The notes under the pieces are model-generated. The model saw only the letters and a program-made list of their open reading frames with translations, was not told the DNA's origin and made no database searches. A stretch of DNA of 63,483 nt, the filler included, from Choristocarpus tenellus KU-1152 (Eukaryota > Protista > Phaeophyceae): assembly GCA_964200185.2 (NCBI GenBank). It is 8 parts of 8 records of this genome, joined end to end, with 100 filler letters (N's around TTAATTAATTAA, not from the genome) between each part and the next. Parts side by side here need not be neighbours in the genome. Positions count along the whole stretch, not along the records: positions 31,177 to 44,653 come from CAXNAD020001481.1; positions 44,754 to 50,952 come from CAXNAD020008702.1; positions 51,053 to 54,347 come from CAXNAD020020972.1; 5 more parts are not named here. One strand, written 5' to 3'. The translations under genes and the position numbers were made by a program. How positions within the stretch are numbered: the first letter of the stretch is position 1; the number at the start of each line of letters is the position of its first letter. Of this stretch, positions 40,032 to 52,446 are shown piece after piece.

Positions 40032-40630
40032 TGAAGCAATCTTCTACTGGACTATCTACGGACACATCAATGCAGGGTATACCAGATTACATTGTTCATC
40101 CCCATTCTCCCGTTTCCTCGAGTTGAGGAAGTTTCTCCCAAGGAAGTTCGAAGGCGAAGTCTATAGCTGTTTTCCTATTATCGTGCCCACTTAGTGTATT
40201 GTACTTTGAAGCGCGTTCTAGAGTTACAGGGCAAAAAGAAATAGTTTTGTTAGGGAATTTTGAAACGCCTGAAACCGTTAGTTGAAGGTTCTCCCTACAC
40301 ATGATTAGGCCGAGAAGGCAAACTGGAATCGTTGTCTTAAAGGGGTTCCTCCATCCTCCTCTCATGCTACAATGCCCAAACCTGAAGAAGAAAAAAAATG
40401 ATCGAACCTCAAGGACTCCCCCCACTTCATGACTTGACTCAGTTTTGAACGAGGCGAGACTGTTGTCTAAGCCCTCCTAAGACTTTAACTCTGAAAGTGG
40501 TAAGAGCGACTTACTCCATTACTCCTTCTGCTCCAAGCCAACGTGAACACAACCCTCTCAGGCGTCATTGGCGACAGAAGGCAAATTGTCATTTCATAGA
40601 AATTCTATCTACCTCGCCTACCAGATCAAC

Positions 40631-43600
40631 ATGACAAGTAGGACTACTGACAACTCTGGAATGAACTCGAGGTTAAGGCTGGGTAGGCAGTGTGAGGAAC
40701 TCCGGTGTGGAAGACAACCCACGTTTGGGTTGGAAGGGGGACGGGCGCAGTTTTGTGCCACTCACAAGGGGGAGGGAATGGTTGACGTCCTCAATCAACG
40801 TTGTCAGGGCGCGGGCTGTACAAAACGACCGTCCTACTCAATGCCAGGCCTCAACAAGGCCATGTGTTGCTCCACGCACCGGGAAATTGGCATGGTTGAC
40901 GTGACCAGCAGGAAGTGCCAGATCCCAGAGTGCATCAAGCAGCCTCGGTATGCGAAGAGAGGTTGTAGGGCGCAGTACTGTGCTGAGCACAAGTGCGAAG
41001 GAATGATAGACGTCAAGGTGTGAAAGTTGATGACCGTACACGGTTGGAAAGTGCTGCCATACTCGCGTGTGCACTCGATCTCGCATTTTCTCTATTACAC
41101 AAACTAAGCTGGTGGTTCTGGTGCAGCCTGGAGAGTTCGTCGATCGCTCTCAAAAGTCAATTTGTCTCCGTGGCAGGCATTGAGCCATACTCCTCTCCTC
41201 TCTCCCCCTCACTTTTTACCTATGCCCATCCCCATATACCCTCTCCGCCCACTCCCTCTCTATACTGATTCACTTTCAGCATCCCCACTGTGACACTCAA
41301 GGCTGCACCCTGCAACCGACATTCGGGTTTGAAGGGGGAAAGGCTAAGCGCTGCGCTGCTCACAAGACCCTGGGAATGGTAGATGTCAAGGTGGTCATGT
41401 AGCGAATGAAGTAATGACAGAGAGGTTGTCAACAAAGCAAGCTACAATCAAGAAATGAATGCTCAGCCAACCCTTCACTTCTTGCCATTTCCACATCCGA
41501 TGGGTGACACAATAACCTCCGCAAGACACTTTCTTCAAGTGCGAAAATATGCAGTTTTCCCCTGATGAAATTCTTCCCCTTCTTCATCCCCACAATCCCC
41601 ATCGTAACCCCCCTGAATATCCATACGTGTAAATGTGTGTGTTTGGGTGTGTGTGTGTATGTTTGGGTGTATTTGGGTGTATTTGGGTGTGTCCTCAGGG
41701 TGAAAGTGTCTTAGCAGGTACGAGTTTTGTCTTCTTTGTTCGTTAGGGCTTGGCTTCCCATGAGGTTATTAATGATATTTTCCTACTCCAAAATATTCGG
41801 AGTAGGTAAAGTTTTTACATTATGAAGCGTTATGTCCGGAACAAGGATATTGACACTTCCGAATAAACATGATAGCGAAAATGATATTCAAATCGCAACA
41901 TCGAATTTTGGTCCCCAAACGGGCATGACTCTAACCTCAAAGATACTTTGACTCCTTAGTCCAACGTATGTTATGCCCACATCCATGGCCCACAGCCTCA
42001 TCTACCAATAGGTTTCGTAGAATTACTCCACCCAACTCTCCATGGATATTTCTCCCGCTCAATGTTCCAATCAAGTCTGGAGTGTATTTTGGTTGTTTTG
42101 AAAACATGTTCAGTTTGCAGAACCAAGTTTTCCTTGTCAACACCTCTTTTTGAATGCTTTAATCTTCCTACTTCAAACTCAAAACGGGCAAAATACCCCC
42201 GCATACTTTCACCCCTACCAATCCTACCACTCCCTGCGACTTGCCCTCACTTTGCTTTGCCTCACCTCCTTCCCCTCTTACCCAAAACCAAGATAGCCCT
42301 TCCGCAATGCACTCTCTGTGTATGTTCTTTATGCAATTTCCTGGTGCATAAATGCAGAATCCTCGCTGTGAAGAAGTCAACTGCTCAAAGCGTCCTCGTT
42401 TTGGACCTAAGGGGGGGCGTGCTCGCTACTGTGCCAATCACAAAAGGTCAGGCTTGGTTGACCTTGCTACCGTGACCTCATCAACACGTGGGAAGCGCAG
42501 AAGAAAAGCTGCAGGTGGTGTGGTACCAGCAACAGCATCAGCATTGGCCTGGGTGTCATCTCCCCCCTCCGCTTCTTGTTTAGAACCAGCCCAAGCTCCA
42601 ATTCTCCCACCCACGGATGCACCAATATCTGCACTGACTAGACTTCAGGATGAACTGCACAACGTTCCGGGAGGGTTGGAGCTCCTGGATGAGTCTACTG
42701 TGCCTAGGGCATTGAAGCGCACCCGGTCTGAAACGGCTGCCTCTGTAGCGGAAAAGTTTCTCGTCGTGCAGGTGAGTGAGCAAGATGTTTGTAACTGGGA
42801 GGGGAAACAGCCCTAAAATGGTAGCTGTCTAGTGTATGTGTTTGTAAGGAAGGATGCAGATAGATCTGAAAGGGGATTTGTGGCAAGGTCGATTGGTTCA
42901 CTGTCATTGAAAAATGGCGCTATCTTTTCGTTTGGTGGCATTCCTGGATAACCCACCACACATACCCCCTACCTTAGAGACACTGAGTCATCTTCTGGAA
43001 TATGCAATATTTTCTTTGGTCATAATATACCACATTTCTTGCTTTGAACCAGAGTATATGAGAGGTACCTCAGTTTTGGGCGTTTTACATTTTTTGTCAG
43101 TTTTTAATCGTTTGCAATTCATCAATATTTCTATGGACGAAGTGTGCTAAGTTTGACTTGAGGGAACCGATTTCTCTATTGCTTGACAATTTTCAACACA
43201 ATTGCAGAGTCATTCCCTTACGCATTTGCAAAAATAGAAAAATTTTGCATGTACTTATCAGCATCCTTCAATTGCATCTCTTTGTACCTCTCGTTTGATT
43301 TGACTCTTTGAAATATGGGCTTGATTTGTGTAGAGCAATGATACCTCATAACCTAGAAGATCTACAAGTTAGCTTTGGTCTTGTTCAGCTACAAGCATGA
43401 CAGAATTTACCCTGAAAATGACACTGGAAGGCAGGTTCAGGAGTCCATCAGAGAGACTTGTCAGTAAGAGCCAAGGGCTAACTACAACATGATAAAATTC
43501 CAGCTCCCCACCTGGTACTCTCTCCCCCATCATCCCTCCCACAACTCTACTTTCCTGTATCCCTCTCCCTGGACATGTCATTATGCACTAGAGGGTACAC

Positions 43601-43843
43601 TCGGTGCCAACCATGGACCCTACCACCGACATCTCAAACAGTGGCACTGGTGGAAGGAGCATCAGTCCCAATAATGTTTCTGGGGGCTCCTCAGTTCAGT
43701 TCTGTCACAGGAACAGCTCCGACTTCAGACCTCCACTCAGCGCCGAAGACATGGAAGCTGTTCATAACATACTTCTAATCCGTTGTCGCAAGGTTGGAGG
43801 TAATACTGCTCAACATGGGGGTCAGCTCAACATGGGTGCCTAG
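40631..43843 (+). CDS. EsV-1-7 repeat (Cys/His, putative zinc-binding) protein with 5 repeats and a low-complexity tail. Exons 40631..41017, 41280..41390, 42358..42771, 43592..43843
   Basis: Five ~37-aa units of the form C-x4-C-x3-P-x-[FY]-x9-10-C-x2-H-x3-G[ML][VI]D[VL], e.g. CEELRCGRQPTFGLEGGRAQFCATHKGEGMVDV. All three introns are GT-AG, phase 0. Established: this is the EsV-1-7 repeat of brown algae and their phaeoviruses (also in Ectocarpus IMM). An acceptor-like CAG at 40622-40624 allows an upstream exon. Confidence 0.88.
41698..41954 (-). mobile_element. MITE family A copy (A2), 257 bp, in EsV-1-7 intron 2; flanks CTCA / CTTA
   Basis: Ends GGGTGAAAGTGTCTTAGCAGGTA / CTAACCTCAAAGATACTTTGACTC; more diverged copy. 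Confidence 0.9.
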
Positions 43844-46381
43844 CCTCCAAGGAAGTAGATGAAATAGTAATGACTGCCTGTGCTTTGTGGTGGCTCATGG
43901 CAGTTCCTTCAGTGAAAGATGACGTCACTACCCATTTAGAGGTGGCAGGTGGAGGTGGGGGTGAACGTTGGACATGAGGCTCTTGTCTTTCTTTGAGCTT
44001 GAAACAAAATATGTAATTAGTCAACAGTTTGTTGTACAATAGATGAAAGTAATTTCAAGGAAATTGGACAGCAGCAGGAAGGGTGGAAGGGGAGGTGGAT
44101 GATCGTGGGAGTTTTGGGGGAACGTCAAGATGGAGCATGTCACTTGTTTACCACTGTGCAGAAACCGGGATGGATATCAACACTTTGAAGTGTGCTGGTG
44201 CAGGTTTGATGAAGGGAATGAAACAATACAACGGGTGTAGTCGACTGGGCACCTCCCCAAACACAATCTGCTCTGTTGTGCAATTGTGACTTGTGACTCA
44301 ATCCCTGTGGTACATTTCATGCTACTGTAACGCCTCTCGTTGGCATAGATATGATCCTCTCTCTTCCCTCCACCTCGAATGTACAAACTGCTGTGCTTCC
44401 CCATATATAAATTGGCAGGGGTTGGGGGAGGAGGGTGGATTGATGTAGAGTATATATGGTAAATAGAGTTCTTGGCGACAAGTTTAATTATGTTGACCCA
44501 TTTGACATCGTAGACAGTTTCCTTGCCTTGACCAACTTAATAGATGAATTGTTGGTGTGGCAGATATCTTCATCTGGGGCAAGGGGAGGGGGGTACCTTT
44601 CCCTACGGATGTCTATAGATGAGCATCACAACGGAGGGAGGAGGAGGGGGTGGNNNNNNNNNNNNNNNNNNNNNNNNNNNNNNNNNNNNNNNNNNNNTTA
44701 ATTAATTAANNNNNNNNNNNNNNNNNNNNNNNNNNNNNNNNNNNNNNNNNNNNGTAGGCCTCGATCCTGTCATGTGATGATACGTAATTTGGACGGAGAA
44801 GAACAAAGTTATGCTATCGGTCCGCTACAGGGCCATGTGAGTTAAGCTTGAATGTGTACTAAGTCAGAACTGTGCCTGAATCTGTGCAGTGATGATTCCC
44901 GACAATGGCTTGTGTGATCAGATGAAGTTGGTGACCAGAACGATCTATTTTGTTCAGTGGGTTTAATGTAGTTCATGAGGTTGACTCGGTAGGAAATGGC
45001 CTCGTGGGGGACTGTTGTGGGTGTCGAAGTCGTGATTACTCTTATATCCATTGGTGTCATATTTGACTTTTACTTTGAAGAGGATGTTGAGCGAGATATT
45101 CGTCTACTCCAGGCATAGTAATGGCTCACCCATAACCCAAGTGCCACAAGGGGGTCCTTCAATCTCATTAGGTGTGTTTTCTCGAGGCATATCCATGTTA
45201 ACATCGCACTCCATGCTTTAACACACAAGTGGGAGCTTTAACCCTCATGTTAAAGTGGCCTGTCCCCATTGTGATGGTATGGTGATGTCGTGTCTCGAGG
45301 AGACTTGCTTTTACATTGTTGTCCAAAAAGCTATGTATTGTTTGTTACTTGTGGCATATCAGCAATGTGAGAATGGTTGCTTGTTGCCCTTCCCTATAAC
45401 AACAGCAGTAGGGACAAATTGACTATACTGTAAGTTAGATATAGGTGCACATCCCATAAAGTAGGTCGGGGATGCATGTGTGATGAGGATTTGTGGATGC
45501 AAACTGGTTAGGTCTGTGTTGGTGTCAGTGTGATGCCATCCTTGGAGGTGGAAATGACACAATGGAGATCACACCAGATAGGAACTTAAATATTTGACAG
45601 TTTGTTCATTGTGTGTGTGCGCATGTGATTGTAATGCTTTAGATTGAATCTAGGGTTCTCCCTCCTTGTGATTGATATTGATGCTTGTTGTGCAGGGGTA
45701 GGACCTCACTCTAATGGGTTCTACAACTTAGTCTGTGCTAGGTCAATGATCATTGTGAGATGTATCATTGAGAGATGTATGGGAGAAGCTTGTGCCCACG
45801 GTTCTTCCCGTTTTCTGTGTAACACATAGTAAGGGAGTGTGTTGGCTTTTTTGTTCATGCAATGTTGCATGTGTAGTGTGCAACACAAGCAAATGGTGAA
45901 AGGTCATCATCCTTAGTATTAAACGTGCCCTGCAGACTACCAAACAGCGTAGGATAATATGACAACACATGAATTATTATTCCTCTTTTGTTTTCAAGGA
46001 ATAGTTTGTCCTACTTTAGTGCTTGTCTCTTATGTCCACTGATGAATTGATGGAAACAGTACCACTTGAAAGAAACTTTGCGATAGTGTCCCATGTTGAT
46101 CAACGATTTTGGTTTTGAGATCGCATCCAGATTAGAGTATGTGGAAGGAGAAGTATGAAATCCTTGTTGAGTGCCTGGCATATTGACTTCTGTTGTGTCT
46201 TCAATATTGTTGTCTTCAATGTTATCCATAGTTTTTTGTGCCCAACGGAAAGTTGTTTGAGGCACGCCCCTTCCTTGTCTGCCAGTTCTGGTCATTGTTT
46301 GTTCGTGCACACACTCTGGTGACATTCTGTTGAAACAAGTACAGGTAGTATTAGGTGTAGTATGCACCTACACCTACATTT

Positions 46382-49247
46382 TCAATCCACTCCAGCTCGT
46401 CTTCCTCCACTCTTAAGTTGCTTTATTTCTCCTTGAAGCTGTGTGGTCATGGTCTGGTAACGAGCAACTGAGGAATGGGTAGGAGGCATGATGGGTGAAG
46501 AGTAGGTAATTATCTACTGGGCTAATATCTTTATGGTGGTTCTCATTCTCGGCTACTATGATGACTGTTTTCAATTGCATTGTAGGCTATTAATCTACAC
46601 TAACAGCAGTGGACCTCATGGGGGGAGGGAAAAAAATATAAATAGGAATATAAACCTACGTCAGTACAGCTGGTAGTGGTGGTCCTCCATCCATGGTAAA
46701 AGAGTACATGTTACACCCTACAAAAAGGTCTCATTTTGTCGGTTTGACCTGATCAAGAGACTGATCAAGTACAACGTGTGCATTTACTGGAGTTGTACAT
46801 CCCTCAACATATTGCCTATAATACTCTTGTGTGTACCTTACATACGCCAAATTTTCTTTTTTCATAGAGATCACATTTCTTGATTCTGAGTCTGAAAACA
46901 CGAGACAATCCTTACTAGTTAGTAGTGTAAACAAGGTGGTAAAACATACACTTGGTGACTGGATATCACCAACATTTCCAAGGTAGGGTCTGGCACGAGC
47001 TGAGTTGTCAAGCTTTGAGCAGACTCAAATCAGGGTGCATTTTTGGCAAGACATTTCCTAATATGAAGTAGAATGTTAACCTGCGTTCACAAGGTGCTTA
47101 ATGGTGATGATAGTTCAGATGCCCAATGGATGCATAGCTGAGATGCACTTTGTAAAATATGGAGGGTATTTGTGTGTTGGTGTGTTGGTGCTACATTGCT
47201 TAACGGACCTGTCTGTTGCATGTACGTCTTGAATGCCTCCATCTCGGTGTCCAGGGTTGTGTTCCTAGACATCAGCTTAGCATTCACTCTTTCTGCATCT
47301 TCAAGTCGCCGGGTTAGCACCTGCGATGGCAAGAAGAAGGAACAGTGAAGTAAGAAGTCAAAATAGAAGAGTCATCATCGCACTGACTGAGACGTAAGCA
47401 TGTTTTGACTGTTCTGCATTATATGCCCACTTTTGAACCCTGTGCAATGCACCCTACTTTTTATGGTAGGAGGCGTGAGTAGTTTGAAACAGGAGGAAGA
47501 GGAGCACTAGTGAACGGCTATAGCTATCCACAACAATATCACCACATTTGAAACAACAAAACTACCGCTAGCAGCTTCGTGTCTAATCCTAGAAGACACC
47601 TTTTCTGACTCTCTACAACACTAGTATGCTCTGGCAATGCTTTACGGTGACATGGTTCAATTGCAACTGATGAGGTGAAATCCAACACCTTGATTGTTCC
47701 TGAGTCTGCCCCTCCAGTCTTGGAGGCTAACCTTCGAACTTCCTCCTTGGTTCGTGACATCTGTTTGGCAATGTGACCAGAACACAACAATGTTTGGGAT
47801 TCAAGTTTATTCATTGACAGTAGCCTTTTAGGGTCTCAAGATTGTTGACAAGATGGAAATCAATTTTGCCTGTTACACAAGTGGTTTTGCCTGTTGGTTA
47901 CAGTTCTACATCTGAGTCAAAGTATCTTAGAGGGTAGAGCCACGTCCATTTGGGGTTCAAAACCCAATGTTGCGATTTCGATGTAATTTTGACTATTGTG
48001 TTTCTTAGGAAGTGTCAATATCCATGTTCCAGACACACCTTTTCACAACGTATAAATTCTACCTACTCCGAAATAATTTCGGAGTGGGAAAATGTCATAA
48101 AAACCCCGAGGGAAGTCAAGCCCCAAATGGACAAACAGGGCAAAACTCGTACCCTCTAAGATACTTTCACTCATCTGTCTCAACGAAAGAGCATGAAAAT
48201 TAAATCACTTTATGTTTCCATCCACATCCGACTACTAAGGTGGATAAATAAATATCCCTTCCCTTTCATGCTGATGTTTCTCTTTCAAACGTTTGCTGAT
48301 CAATCCCCTGAAGGGCAAAAAAATGTGATTTCACCAATGGAGTGTCTTGCATAACCCAGGCTCTGAGGCAATAGGCAAAGAGTTTGCTTTGTGCTCCAAT
48401 TATTAACGAAGCACTCTGAGTGTCTATCTCATGATGCTCCTCCCTAAAGTTGCATATCCCCAACTTCAGGGAGAGTTGTAAATGTACCTGAGTCCACCTC
48501 AACTTGATCCTTGTAAGGCTGAGAACACGTGTAGAATACCCTTCCCAAGTTTCCCCTTCCCAAGACAATCACCTCTTCAAGGGCCTGGTCACGCTCTGCC
48601 TCTGCCTCTATCAATCTGGCCTTGTTAGTAACATCTCCCACTTCTACGTTTCCTGACAAAAGTGCAGGATTGACAAAAAGTGGGAAGGATTTTGCAAAGG
48701 AGATGTGCATATTGTTCTGACGAGTAGAGATCCCGCCCCCCAAAATACTGGAGTATTTAATACTATTGAGCTTTATCCAAGCTTTTTTCCCCTATCATAT
48801 ACCATAGTTCTATGAAACAGAATCGCCCCTCCTAACTTGATATTCACGCCCAGTGCGAGTCAATGTAAACCAGAGATATCCATGTTTTGGCAGTTTTGCA
48901 TTCGAAGCCATTTTTTCATCTTTTTGCAATTCACTTCTATTTCTATGGATGAATTACCGTAAGATTGCTTTGAGAGCATCGATTTCTCTTTTGTTTGAAA
49001 ATTTAAAACAAAATTCAGAAAAGTCTCTTGATGCATTTGTACAAAAATCCGAATTTTGCACATTTTTCAGTGTCCTCAAAAGAGTCCAACCCTGGGCATA
49101 TCTCGTTTACTTTGGGTCTGTGTACATAGCCCTATCTCCACCTCCAAGCCTAGGCCGGTCTTTAACACCTTCCCATCATTCCAACCTGTTGAACGTTTCC
49201 CAATTCAACTGGTCTTCACAGTACGGTGAAGTGGAGCAGGGGGTGGT

Positions 49248-49281
<34 letters not shown>

Positions 49282-50466
49282 TGGGCAAGAACAAAACTTG
49301 CAAAGCAATAATAAAAAAGGAAAGTAATACCAAAACATGTGACTGTGTTTGGAGAGGATGCAGATAAACAGCAACCTATTGACTTAATTCATTTACATGA
49401 AGTGCAGATCATTCCACTGACATGTACATACATATTAACGTCTTCACTTACTACGCCCCTTTCTGTCTATCTTGTTCATTATACTTCAAGTGTCTTTGAA
49501 GTACAATATATACAGTGTGTAGCCATTGTCGATTTGATCCTTACATACAGTACATGTTAAATATTTTTCTTTGTGTTGGCACGACTCACAGACACCAGGA
49601 GAGAGGGTTTTCCAGGGGTTCTTTCTCTTGCCGTCCTCACCTGACTGGGACAGTCTCCTCAGCATCCCCTGCAGTCGGGATGTGGTTGCAGATTGTTCAT
49701 TCGGATGGCAGGGTGTGCATGTTGGTCAAAGCAAGTCCAAGTGCCAGTGGTCAAGTGGTTTTTCCACATGATTGATGGAAAAAGCAATGGTCTCTGAGTA
49801 GGATGGGCAGTAAGTGCTATCTATGAATGACACTACAATATATACTCCAGAGTACTTTGAGGTGGAACTGAACACTTTGCAGCACTCTGGGTAGTCTTTA
49901 AATGGTTTATACAGTCTTGAACAAGAGCGATGGGCCGACCACTTGGAATGATCCCCCAAATTCACAGCCTTGCAAAAAGTACACCTGTATTTCTTCCAAC
50001 TGATCACTCCCACCCTCAACCTGCAGCTGACGTCTCAATCCCTCGTTCTCGTCCTTCAACAGTTCCACCTGACAGAGCAAGTATGAGAATCATCATATGG
50101 AAACAGGACATCAGAAAGACCATCCACAGGGACAGGATCATCCTAGAGATCATGTTCAAACATCGTTTCCTACCTTTACTTGTAAACTGTTGATTACTAC
50201 CTCCACCTCGAAAGCCTATTCTTGATCCTATACCTTCCTAATCTCTCGATGAAGTCAGCATGTAATTTATTGCCCTGACTAACCTAACCTTGCCCTAGCC
50301 TCATGGCCTATATCTTCATATTCTCGGTTGGTTTTGACCCTATCCTTGATCGTTACCTTGTTCAAGGTCTCTCTTTGGTTTGTTTCCAATTCCATGCATT
50401 TGGCATGTGCTCTGCGAGACTCCTCCTCTTGTTCTGACAGGTTTTCCAAACACTGTCTCAGGCGTT
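46382..50466 (-). CDS. 3' exons of an uncharacterised coiled-coil protein: 50466..50357, 50068..49985, 49668..~49641/49590, 48652..48573, 47760..47689, 47320..47209, 46467..46382
   Basis: Seven short exons with AG/GT borders and compatible phases encoding E/K/R/L-rich helices (RLRQCLENLSEQEEESRRA, ARLIEAEAERDQALEE, EMEAFKTYMQQTVARYQ), ending in TGA. No family recognised. Confidence 0.75.
47914..48172 (+). mobile_element. MITE family A copy (A3), 259 bp, 4-bp TSD ATCT, intronic
   Basis: 23-bp inverted ends with 1 mismatch: GAGTCAAAGTATCTTAGAGGGTA / TACCCTCTAAGATACTTTCACTC; ATCT on both sides. Confidence 0.95.
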
Positions 50467-51294
50467 CTTGGGAAATTTGGAATAGGAGAGGGTTGTGGAG
50501 AGTCAAAAGGCAGAGAGAGAGGGTCCTTACGAGATTATCCTGTTGTTTCATAGTATTTTTCTATTCTCATTTTTTGTTCTCATTGCTGCAAACATGTTGC
50601 CCTCCATATGATATTGACACACCAGTGCACTCTGCATATTAGATCCAGACAATCTCTTCTTGTCAGTAAGAGGTCCATACATTTTGACTTCCCGTACTCT
50701 GCATATGGGTTGATTGCCCTGTAAGAAAAGCACGCCTATGAATCTATTGGGAAAACTGAAGAGCTGGGCTGGTACAGTTGCGATGTGTCACTAGCTAGAA
50801 GAAGAAGCATCAATTTTCTAGTTTCGATAACACTTTTATTTTTGGAAGGAGAGGGACTCACTCCTCTGTGCTGTTTGGACATGAATTCCAGGGACATGTA
50901 TGATCATATGAACACAATCAATCACCGGGCTGCCATACAGGTGCTATGCCCCNNNNNNNNNNNNNNNNNNNNNNNNNNNNNNNNNNNNNNNNNNNNTTAA
51001 TTAATTAANNNNNNNNNNNNNNNNNNNNNNNNNNNNNNNNNNNNNNNNNNNNGTACTCTGGCTGTGTGCAACCCCCCCCCGCCCCCTTACCTACCTCTTG
51101 AATATCGTTAAGTATTAATATCGCCACTATTGATATCATGGTGTATGTACCCCTTGGGTTTGGACAAGGGTTTGAATATCCATTTTTCTTACACCTTAGC
51201 CAATCAAATTTCTCCAAGCAGATAAATTCTTCACTGTACTACACATCTGTTTCATGCTGAAATAATCGCAAATGGTGATTGAATACACTTGGTC

Positions 51295-51513
51295 CAATGT
51301 TGCGATTTTGATGTAATTTTGGCTATTGTGTTTGTTAGGAAGTGCCAATATCCTTGTTCCGGACATACACATTATACCTACTCCAAAACTTACACATTTC
51401 ACCTACTCCGAAAACAAGTTTCGGAGTAGGAAAATGTCACAATAAACCGTGGGAAGCCAAGTCCCAAACAAACAAACAGGGCAAAACTCGTACCCTCTAA
51501 GATACTTTCACTC
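51295..51513 (+). mobile_element. MITE family A copy (A4), left end missing
   Basis: Body collinear with A3, ending TACCCTCTAAGATACTTTCACTC. Shares an internal ACCTACTCC duplication with A5. Confidence 0.9.
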
Positions 51514-52269
51514 ATTTCACTTCCCATAATGCTGTTTCTCATAGCATGTATAAACCTGGTGTGTTTGTCTCATGTTGATATTCAATGAATAGGCACACCT
51601 CATATCTAGTCAAGCCACCTTCAACAAAAATGACTGCAATGTGGAGACAGTTGCGGGTGTAGGTCGTTTTCTAATGTCATGAAGTTGCACTGGTTATATC
51701 GGCTGCTTCAGATTAGTCGTCGTTAACTGATACCCAAAAGAAAGGACCATTACGCTCATCTTCGTGCCCAGCACTGGAAATCGTTACAAAGGTGTAATGG
51801 GTTCAACAAACGGAAATGTATGGATCACACTATGTCGTACAGAGAAGACTTGAATAGAACTGGAAGCGGGCGCATTGAGGCCAGTATCTACAAAAAAAGG
51901 AGATTTTTGCAGGTTTCATGCTGAGAATAGGAGATGATTGACTGCCCCAAAACCTCTTGTTTGGATATCTCAATGCTGAGAAACCAAAGGGGGAGAAGGG
52001 AGTTCCACCGAAAAAACGTTTAGTAGTACCTCCGAGACGACCTCAACGCTTTTGACACCAGAGCACTGATTAGTGATTTTATTTACCAGAAGACTCAAAT
52101 AGGTAGCACAGATGCTTGGAGGTTGCCTTCAAATACATCGTGGATGCCTGGGATACCACGTATGCCAAAGCAGCCACAATCCGTTACACGACAGTGACCT
52201 TGACCACTAACCACATTTGATGTTGCCTTCTGGGCTTCTTCTCTTTTTCTTCTTTGGTGGGGAAGGGAA

Positions 52270-52446
52270 GGCTCGAAGTATCTGAGGGGGGGTGGCGGCT
52301 GTCCATTCAGGGCCCATTTTTACATGTCGTGATTTTTGGGTGATTTGGTTGCATGCATCGAATGGATAATCTAAGTTCACTTCTCCTGGTCAGGACCCGA
52401 ATGGACACCCTGGTGTAGACCCCCCCCCCCCCAGATACTTTGAGCC
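52270..52446 (-). mobile_element. MITE family B copy (B3), 177 bp, 3-bp TSD GAA
   Basis: Ends GGCTCGAAGTATCTG / CAGATACTTTGAGCC; body is the reverse complement of B1; GAA on both sides. Confidence 0.9.

Noticed and set aside
40631-43843. EsV-1-7 gene as part of an endogenous phaeovirus
   Set aside because: It has spliceosomal introns and no viral core genes or gene-dense intronless region nearby.
45860-45975. Minus-strand YYPTLFGSLQGTF, reminiscent of a Helitron Rep segment
   Set aside because: Too short and interrupted by stops; no HUH or helicase motifs found.
47950-48203. Short ORFs recurring in MITE A copies (e.g. ...QNSYPLRYFHS)
   Set aside because: Frames and starts are not conserved among copies; they reflect the shared non-coding repeat.
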